A stretch of 64,000 nucleotides of DNA from an uncultured bacterium. GTDB taxonomy: Bacteria; Krumholzibacteriota; Krumholzibacteriia; JACNKJ01. The notes under the pieces are model-generated. The model saw nothing but the letters and a program-made list of their open reading frames with translations. It was not told where the DNA came from and searched no databases. The first letter of the stretch is position 1. Every line of letters starts with the position of its first letter. This document shows positions 57,408 to 64,000 of this stretch, one piece after another. The stretch is from NCBI GenBank assembly GCA_963695095.1, contig CAVOFT010000001.1:416001-480000 (forward strand), given 5' to 3'. A program made the position numbers and the translations under genes.

Positions 57408-58289
57408 ATGGATGATAGCCTGCCTGCCCAGCCGCCCCCGGGAGACGTCTTCGCCATCCTGGCCTGGTATCAGGCCTGCCTCTACGACGAGGCCGGCCGT
57501 GCCGTGGAGATCTACGGCGCCGAGGCCGGCGGTGAGCTGGCGAAGTACTACGGCGAGGATCGCGAGCGCTATCTCGCCCGCCGCGAGCACGAGGTCAATC
57601 GCTACGTGCGCACGCGCGAGCGCTTCATCATGGAGCGGGTGCTGGCCAAGGCCGCGCCGCGCATCCTGGACTGCGGTTGCGGTCTCGGCAGCGAGTCCAT
57701 CCTCTTCGCCAGCCAGGGCGCCAGCGTGACGGGCGTGGACCTGAAGCCAGCGCGGCTAGCCCTGGCCGAGGCCCGCCGCGCGCGCTACGCGCGCGTGCTC
57801 GGCCGTCCCCTGACCATCGAGTTCCTGCTGGAGAACCTCTTCGACCTCGACTACCGCGAGGAGTTCGATCTCATCTGGGTCAAGGAGGCCATCAGCCACA
57901 TCCATCCGCTGCCGGACTTCTTCGCCTTCGCCCTGCGCGCGCTGCGGCCCGGCGGGCAGCTTGTCATCACCGATCCCAATGCGGGCAACGCGCGCAAGCG
58001 GCGCTGGGTGGAGGCGCGGCGCCACGGGCCGGTGATCACCACCTTCCCGCACCCGCGCACGGGCGTGCCCATTCCCTATGCCGACGAGCGCATCCTCACC
58101 ATCGCCGAGATCCAGCGCGACCTCAGAGCCCATGGCTATCGCATCGACGAGCTGGAGTGCTACCTGCCCGGGCAGTCCTCGACGCCGTTCTGGTTCTGGA
58201 AGGCCGTGATGCGCCCGCTGAACCACTGCCAGCTGCTCACGCGCTGGCTGGGCGACGAGTACATCGTCGCCGCGGTCAGGCCGGCCTGA
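57408..58289 (+). CDS. Class I SAM-dependent methyltransferase
   Basis: ILDCGCGLG, TGVDL, FDLI....ISH, LRPGG.L. Confidence 0.88.
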   Translation: MDDSLPAQPPPGDVFAILAWYQACLYDEAGRAVEIYGAEAGGELAKYYGEDRERYLARREHEVNRYVRTRERFIMERVLAKAAPRILDCGCGLGSESILFASQGASVTGVDLKPARLALAEARRARYARVLGRPLTIEFLLENLFDLDYREEFDLIWVKEAISHIHPLPDFFAFALRALRPGGQLVITDPNAGNARKRRWVEARRHGPVITTFPHPRTGVPIPYADERILTIAEIQRDLRAHGYRIDELECYLPGQSSTPFWFWKAVMRPLNHCQLLTRWLGDEYIVAAVRPA

Positions 58290-58290
58290 G

Positions 58291-59385
58291 CTAGCGCGGG
58301 TGGTCGTAGTGCGCCGCCTCGGGGATGCGGCGCAGGTACTCGGTGTCGGCAATCCCGTTGAACCAGAGGCCGGCCGCGCGACTGGCCGCGTAGCTCCCCA
58401 CGAACAGGAGCAGGACCGCGGCGGCGAAGCGCAGGGGCCCGAGCCGCCGGCCGGTGCCGGCCAGGGCCAGCGCGTTCGTCTGCGGGCAGGAGGCCACGCA
58501 GTCCAGGCAACCCGTGCACTCGGGGCTGAGGATGCGCGACTTGCTCGAGATCGGCAGGCGCGCCATGCAGACGCGGTCGCAGAGACCGCAGTCCGTGCAG
58601 CTCGGCGCGTGGCGCGCGATGCGCAGCGGCGAGGCCCAGGAGAAGAGTCCGAGCAGGGCGCCGTAGGGGCAGAGGTAGCGGCACCAGGCGCCATTGACGA
58701 CGATGGAGGCGAGCGCCAGCACCAGGAGCACGGCCGCCGCCAGGCCGCCGAGGCGCGTGAAGAACCAGAGCATCTTCACGTCGGCTACCTGGTTGTAATC
58801 GCTGGCGAGGAAGGCGCTCAGCGCCTCGGCGCTCATGCCGAAGATCGCCCACAGAAAGAACCCGAGCAGCAGGTACTTCACCCCGCGCAGGGGGATATCC
58901 ACAGCGCGCGGCAGGCGCGGATTGCGGCCCTTGAGGAGGGGCAGCCGGCGGCCCAGGCGCGCAAGGCTCTCCGAGAGGAAGCCCACGGGGCAGACCCAGC
59001 TGCAGAACGCCTTGCGCAGGAGGATCGCCATGGCCAGGGCGATCAGGAAGAGCACCGTCGCGGCGGGATGCACGGCATTGAGCCGGCCCTGGTGGATCCA
59101 GTCGAGCAGGCCCATCAGCCCGCTGATGGGCAGGAAGCCCTCGACACCGGGCGGCCGCAGGGGGAGCGTATAGCGCGACGCGAGCTCGGCGGCGCCGAGT
59201 CCACGCTCGAGGTCGGCGCGGTAGGCGGGTGCAAGCTGCTCGGCCCGCCGCACGAACTGGGCGAACTGCAGGCCGAGGGCGAGCACGAGCAGGGCGAAGC
59301 CGGCCTGCACGGCGATCCGGACGCGATAGCTCTTGAGCCCGCGGCGACCCAGGCTCCCGGCGAGGTAGGCGAGGATGCGCTGCAT
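58291..59385 (-). CDS. Membrane 4Fe-4S binding protein (NapH/MauN/YccM family)
   Basis: VEGFLPI, KAFCSWVCPVG, WCRYLCPYG, CTDCGLCDRVC, ECTGCLDCVASCP. Confidence 0.9.
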   Translation of the reverse strand: MQRILAYLAGSLGRRGLKSYRVRIAVQAGFALLVLALGLQFAQFVRRAEQLAPAYRADLERGLGAAELASRYTLPLRPPGVEGFLPISGLMGLLDWIHQGRLNAVHPAATVLFLIALAMAILLRKAFCSWVCPVGFLSESLARLGRRLPLLKGRNPRLPRAVDIPLRGVKYLLLGFFLWAIFGMSAEALSAFLASDYNQVADVKMLWFFTRLGGLAAAVLLVLALASIVVNGAWCRYLCPYGALLGLFSWASPLRIARHAPSCTDCGLCDRVCMARLPISSKSRILSPECTGCLDCVASCPQTNALALAGTGRRLGPLRFAAAVLLLFVGSYAASRAAGLWFNGIADTEYLRRIPEAAHYDHPR

Positions 59386-59457
59386 GCTTGCCAAGGTAGG
59401 CAGGGGCCGGGGGCCCTGCTATGATGCGCATCAAATTTTCGCCCCAAGGACGGTCCC

Positions 59458-60570
59458 GTGCGCTCCCGCCGCCTGCTGCTCTGGCTCTACCTGGTCTTCC
59501 TCGTCACCATCCTGGCCCAGGCGGGCTGGTGGCTGGTCTACCTGCGGCGGGAGGGCGAGCACTACCTCAACTACCAGATCCAGCGCCTGCAGACGGATCA
59601 GCTCCACGCGGCCTACCTGCTGCGCAGCGTGCCCGAGTTCCAGGCCGACCCCGAGGGCGCGCTGGCGCCGCATTTCCCCGATCTCGTCTTCAAGCGCACG
59701 GCCAGCGGCTTTGACATCCAGATCGACCCGCAGGTCGAGACGGACATCCGCAACGAGGCCGGGCGCCGCCGCCGCATGTTCCTCTGGGAGGGTGGTTTCT
59801 TCCTCACCTTGCTCCTGGCGGGCGCCAGCATGGTCTACATCGCCTACCGCCGGGAGCAGGCCTTCCGCCGCAGCCGCGAGCTCTTCCTGGCCGGCGTCAC
59901 CCATGAGTTCAAGACGCCGCTGGCGAGCCTGAGTCTCTACGGCGAAACGCTCGAGCGCCCTGAGCTGGACGAAGAGCAGCGCCTCAGGATCCTGCTGCAC
60001 ATGGGCGACGACCTCAGGCGCCTGCGTCTGATGGTCGAGCAGGTGCTGGCCGTCAGCCGCGCGGAGTCGCCGCCGGCGCTGCGTCCCGTCGATCTCGATC
60101 CGGCCGAGCTCGCCCGGCAGGCCCTTGCCGACCTGGCGCCGCTCATCGCGCGCGAAGGCGCCCAGGTGACGAGCACGCTGCCCGCCGGCCAGCGCGTGCG
60201 CGCCGACGAGCCGGCGCTGGCCACCGCTCTGCGCAACCTGCTCCTCAACGCCATCCACTACTCAGCGCCGCCCGCCCGGGTGACGCTCAGTCTCAATCGC
60301 GAGGGGCGCGAGGGCCGCTGGCTGCGCCTGGCGGTGCGCGACGAGGGTCCGGGTATTCCCCGGCGGGAGCAGAAGCGGATCTTCCAGAGCTTCTACCGCG
60401 TGGGTGAGGCGGGGCGCCGGCCCGCGGGCATCCACGGCAGTGGCCTGGGTCTCTACCTGGTCAAGCGGAACATGGAGGCCATGGGCGGTCGCGTCGAGCT
60501 GGTGAGCAACCCCGGCGAGGGCGCCACCTTCTCGCTGCTCTTGCCGGCCGCGCGCGAGGAAGGGGACTGA
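59458..60570 (+). CDS. Sensor histidine kinase
   Basis: Two TMs, THEFKTPL, NLL.NA.HYS, D.GPGI, G.GLGL. Confidence 0.95.
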   Translation: MRSRRLLLWLYLVFLVTILAQAGWWLVYLRREGEHYLNYQIQRLQTDQLHAAYLLRSVPEFQADPEGALAPHFPDLVFKRTASGFDIQIDPQVETDIRNEAGRRRRMFLWEGGFFLTLLLAGASMVYIAYRREQAFRRSRELFLAGVTHEFKTPLASLSLYGETLERPELDEEQRLRILLHMGDDLRRLRLMVEQVLAVSRAESPPALRPVDLDPAELARQALADLAPLIAREGAQVTSTLPAGQRVRADEPALATALRNLLLNAIHYSAPPARVTLSLNREGREGRWLRLAVRDEGPGIPRREQKRIFQSFYRVGEAGRRPAGIHGSGLGLYLVKRNMEAMGGRVELVSNPGEGATFSLLLPAAREEGD

Positions 60571-60572
60571 GC

Positions 60573-61280
60573 ATGCCGACCAAGAAGCGCATCCTCGTCG
60601 TCGAGGACGAAGAGCATCTCGCCGAGGGCCTGCGCATCAACCTGGAGCTGGAAGGCTACGAGCCGGTGCTGGCCGCGAGCGCCGAGGAGGCCTGGCGCAT
60701 CTGGCAGCGCAGCCGCGCCGATCTCATCCTGCTGGATGTCATGCTGCCCGGCATGGACGGCTTCGAGTTCTGCAGCTTGCTGCGCGACAAGGGCGAGCGC
60801 GTGCCCGTCCTCTTCCTCACCGCCCGCGACCGCGACGAGGACCGGGTGCGCGGCCTCGAAGAGGGCGGCGACGACTACCTGACCAAGCCCTTCAACCTCC
60901 GCGAGCTGCTCGCCCGCGTGAAGGGCCTGTTCCGTCGCGAGGAGTGGGTGCGCAGCAAGCCGCCGCTCACGGTGCTGCGTTTCGGCGCGCGCGAAGTGGA
61001 CCTGCTCTCCTATGCGCTGCGCGGGCCGGAGGGCGAGACGCGCCTGAAGGAGAAGGAGGCGATGATCCTGCGCCTGCTCGCCGAGCGCGCGGGCGAGGCC
61101 ATCGACCGGGAAACCATCATCGACCGCGTCTGGGGTTACGACGCCTACCCCAGCACGCGCACCGTGGACAACTTCATCCTCGGCCTGCGCAAGCTGCTCG
61201 AACCCGATCCGGCCAAGCCGCGCTACCTGCTGACCGTGCACGGCAAGGGCTACAAGCTGCTGCTCGAGGAAGGGGAGTAG
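60573..61280 (+). CDS. OmpR-family response regulator
   Basis: VEDE, LDVMLP, FLTA, DYLTKPF, RTVDNFI..LR, TVHG.GY. Confidence 0.95.
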   Translation: MPTKKRILVVEDEEHLAEGLRINLELEGYEPVLAASAEEAWRIWQRSRADLILLDVMLPGMDGFEFCSLLRDKGERVPVLFLTARDRDEDRVRGLEEGGDDYLTKPFNLRELLARVKGLFRREEWVRSKPPLTVLRFGAREVDLLSYALRGPEGETRLKEKEAMILRLLAERAGEAIDRETIIDRVWGYDAYPSTRTVDNFILGLRKLLEPDPAKPRYLLTVHGKGYKLLLEEGE

Positions 61281-61283
61281 CCG

Positions 61284-62735
61284 GTGGCGGCGCCCGTGAT
61301 CCTCTGCTTCCGGCGCGACCTGCGCCTGGCCGATCAGCCGGCGCTGGCGGCGGCGCTCGAGGCGGCGGGGGAAGCCGGCGCTGGGCTGCTGCCGGTCCAC
61401 GTGCACGAGACGGAGGGCGACTGGCCGCCCGGCGCGGCCAGCCGCTGGTGGCTGCACCACTCGCTGGCCGCGCTGGACGCCGACCTGCGCGCCCGGGGCT
61501 CAGGGCTGATCCTGCGCCGCGGGCCCCTCTCGACGGCGCTGACGGCGCTGCAAGCCGAGACAGGCGCGCGGGCGGTCTTCGCCATGCGGCGCGCAGAGCC
61601 GGCAGCCCGCGCAGCAGAGGCAGAGGCGCGCCGTGCGCTGGCCGGCGCCGGCGCCGATCTGCATCTCTTTGCGGGAGACGGCCTCCACGCGCCCGATCGC
61701 CTGCGCAACGTCCAGGGCGCTCCCTACCGCGTCTTCACTCCCTTCTGGAAGGCGCTGGCGGCGTTGCCCGCGCCATCCGGGCTCGCGTCCGCGCCCGGGC
61801 GACTGCCGGCGCCGAGCGTCTGGCCCGCCTCACTCGCGCTCGCGGAGCTTGATCTGCTGCCGCGCCGCGACTGGGCGGTGGGCCTGCAGGCGGCCTGGAC
61901 GCCGGGCGAAGCCGGCGCTCAGACTGCGCTCGCTCGCTTCCTTGCCGAAGCGGCAGCGGACTACCCGGTTGCCCGCGACTTGCCGGGGCGCGCAGGCGTC
62001 TCCCGCCTCTCGCCGCACCTGCACTTCGGCGAGATCGCGCCGGCGCGCCTCTGGGCCGCCGCGCGGGCGGCGCCCACCGCCGCGGGCGAGGCCTGGCGGC
62101 GCCAGCTCGCCTGGCGCGACTTCGCGCGGCAGCTGCTCTGGCACTTTCCAGGTACGGCGCGCGACCCGCTCGACGCCCGCTTCGAACGCTTCCCCTGGCG
62201 CGAGGACGCGGCCGCGCTTGCCGCCTGGCAACGCGGCGAGACGGGTTATCCCCTGGTCGACGCCGGCATGCGCGAGCTGTGGTCCACGGGCTGGATGCAC
62301 GGTCGCGTGCGCATGGTGACGGCCTCCTTCCTTGCCAAGCACCTGCTCATCGACTGGCGCGATGGCGCGCGCTGGTTCTGGGACACCCTCGTGGACGCCG
62401 ATCTCGCCAACAACGGCTTCGGCTGGCAGTGGACGGCGGGCTGCGGCGCCGATGCCGCGCCCTACTTTCGCGTCTTCAACCCGACGGCCCAGGCGCAGCG
62501 CTTCGATGCGGGCGGCGAGTACCTGCGCCGCTGGCTGCCCGAGCTGGCGGCGCTCCCGGACCGCTGGCTGCCGCAGCCCTGGGCGGCGCCTGCCGAGGCC
62601 CTGGCCACGGCGGGCATCCGACTGGGCCGCGATTACCCGCAACCGATCGTCGAGCACGGCGCCGCGCGCGCTCGCGCGCTGGCCGCCTGGCAATCCATCG
62701 CGGGCAGGACCCGCGCCGAGGGGATTGGAACATGA
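61284..62735 (+). CDS. phrB: Class I CPD photolyase
   Basis: FRRDLRL.D.PAL, Y.VFTPF, WTPGE, SRLSPHLHFGEI, WRDF, TGYPLVDAGMRELW.TGWMH.RVRM, WQW.AG.G.DAAPYFR.FNP. Confidence 0.95.
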   Translation: MAAPVILCFRRDLRLADQPALAAALEAAGEAGAGLLPVHVHETEGDWPPGAASRWWLHHSLAALDADLRARGSGLILRRGPLSTALTALQAETGARAVFAMRRAEPAARAAEAEARRALAGAGADLHLFAGDGLHAPDRLRNVQGAPYRVFTPFWKALAALPAPSGLASAPGRLPAPSVWPASLALAELDLLPRRDWAVGLQAAWTPGEAGAQTALARFLAEAAADYPVARDLPGRAGVSRLSPHLHFGEIAPARLWAAARAAPTAAGEAWRRQLAWRDFARQLLWHFPGTARDPLDARFERFPWREDAAALAAWQRGETGYPLVDAGMRELWSTGWMHGRVRMVTASFLAKHLLIDWRDGARWFWDTLVDADLANNGFGWQWTAGCGADAAPYFRVFNPTAQAQRFDAGGEYLRRWLPELAALPDRWLPQPWAAPAEALATAGIRLGRDYPQPIVEHGAARARALAAWQSIAGRTRAEGIGT

Positions 62736-63697
62736 GCGAAGACACTCGCTTCTCCGTGGGCGTGAGCGCCTGTCTGCTCGGCGAGCCGGTGCGCTACGAC
62801 GGTGGCCACAAGCGCAGCCGCTGGCTCACGGACATCCTCGACCCCTACGTGCGCTGGGTGAGCGTCTGCCCCGAGCTCGAGATCGGCCTCGGCGTGCCGC
62901 GGCCCACGCTGCGCCTCGAACGCGGCGATGACGGCCCCCGCCTCGTCGAGATCAAGACCGAGCGGGATCTCACGCGGCTGATGGGCGACTACTCCCGCTC
63001 GCGCATCGAGGAGCTGGCCGGGCTCGGCCTGCGCGGCTACGTGCTCAAGAAGGACTCGCCGAGCTGCGGCATGGAGCGCGTGAAGGTCTATGACGCGAAC
63101 AGTGTGCCGGCCAAGAACGGCGTCGGCATCTACGCCGCCGCGCTGGCCGCGGCGCTGCCCAACCTGCCGCTGGAGGAAGAAGGGCGCCTGGAGGACCCGC
63201 GCCTGCGCGAGAACTTCGTCACGCGGCTCTTCGCCTACGACCGCTGGCTGGCACTGCGCGCGGCGGGCTGCGCGCCGGCCGACTTGGTGCGCTTTCACAC
63301 CGCCCACAAGATGCAGCTTCTCGCCCACTCGCCGCGGGGGGCGCAGCAACTCGGCCGGCTGGTGGCGCGCGCGGGGGCAACGGCGGCCGCCAACTGGCCG
63401 GCCCTGCTCGACGAGTACGAGGCCGGCTTCATGGCGGCGCTCAAGCGGGTGGCCTCACCCGGGCGGCACGTGAACACGCTGCAGCATCTGGCGGGATTTC
63501 TTAAGGAGCAGCTGACGGCGGTGGAGACGCGGGAGCTGGCCGGGATCATCGAGGAGTACCGGACGGGCACGCTGCCGCTGATCGCCGCCCTGACCCTGCT
63601 CGCCCATCACCTCAAGACCTTGTCGCATCCCTGGGTGGAGGCGCAGAGCTACCTGGCGCCCTATCCCCGCGAGCTGGGGCTGCGCAGCGCGATCTGA
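62732..63697 (+). CDS. ybgA: DUF523 (TudS-like) + DUF1722 protein
   Basis: GVSACLLG..VRYDGGH, CPE, G.PRP, K..SPSCG, EEEGRL, RENF, FH..HK, H.N.L.H..GF, Q.YL.PYP. Confidence 0.9.
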   Translation: MSEDTRFSVGVSACLLGEPVRYDGGHKRSRWLTDILDPYVRWVSVCPELEIGLGVPRPTLRLERGDDGPRLVEIKTERDLTRLMGDYSRSRIEELAGLGLRGYVLKKDSPSCGMERVKVYDANSVPAKNGVGIYAAALAAALPNLPLEEEGRLEDPRLRENFVTRLFAYDRWLALRAAGCAPADLVRFHTAHKMQLLAHSPRGAQQLGRLVARAGATAAANWPALLDEYEAGFMAALKRVASPGRHVNTLQHLAGFLKEQLTAVETRELAGIIEEYRTGTLPLIAALTLLAHHLKTLSHPWVEAQSYLAPYPRELGLRSAI

Positions 63698-63812
63698 GCG
63701 GCACTTGTCCTTGCCCGCGGCGGCGTTCATGATACGCTGACTGCCGCCGCCATATCGGACGGCGGGCTCGGCTTTGATCCGTCTTCCCCGCTCGGATCCC
63801 AGGACCAACTTC

Positions 63813-64000
63813 ATGCCACTCGCCGTCGGAACCCGCCTCGGCACCTACGAAATCCTCGCTCCGCTGGGCGCGGGGGGCATGGGCCAGGTTTATCGCGCCC
63901 GGGACATCCGCCTCGGCCGGCAGGTGGCCGTGAAGCTGCTGCCGGATGCCCTGGCCGCCTCGGCGCCGCGCCTTGACCAGCTCGAGCGCGAGGCGCGCAC
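63813..64000 (+). CDS. Hanks-type Ser/Thr protein kinase (5' part, runs off right edge)
   Basis: MPLAVGTRLGTYEILAPLGAGGMGQVYRARDIRLGRQVAVKLL...EREAR. Confidence 0.92.
   Translation, partial: MPLAVGTRLGTYEILAPLGAGGMGQVYRARDIRLGRQVAVKLLPDALAASAPRLDQLEREAR

Noticed and set aside
1..64000. Many long antisense or alternate-frame ORFs in the ORF track (e.g. 35944-38799 minus, 32874-35315 plus, 1-945 plus)
   Set aside because: Shadow ORFs of high-GC coding sequence with Arg/Ala/Pro-rich translations and no motifs.

Overview
High-GC bacterial chromosomal window. An FlgD/T9SS-like C-terminal domain, a DUF5916 protein, a long barrel-type SppA and multiheme cytochromes suggest an FCB-superphylum candidate lineage; this is inference only. 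Core content: a selenium-dependent molybdenum hydroxylase locus (xdhA-like, yqeC-mocA, yqeB, xdhC, dihydropyrimidinase), trkAH, a pterin operon (PTPS, folE) whose probable sepiapterin reductase lies ~6 kb downstream, korAB, two multiheme cytochromes c, lemA-TPM, two SppA proteases, MrfA/MrfB-type repair genes, a two-component system, photolyase and ybgA. Two accessory islands each carry a duplicated gene 3' end: (i) a degraded, integrase-less integron cassette array (~20.7-24.0 kb) with a HEPN-motif cassette, and (ii) an IS91/ISCR element with foreign cargo between two GNAT copies (~42.8-47.0 kb), arranged like a complex class 1 integron. Most notable non-coding signals: a shared 16-bp SOS-box-like palindrome in the same register in the mrfA and mrfB promoters, and four copies of an AT-richer palindrome TGTACACGTGTACA that resembles a parS-type site. 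Several genes carry single-base frameshifts that look like long-read assembly errors. All calls were made by eye from motifs; no database searches were run.
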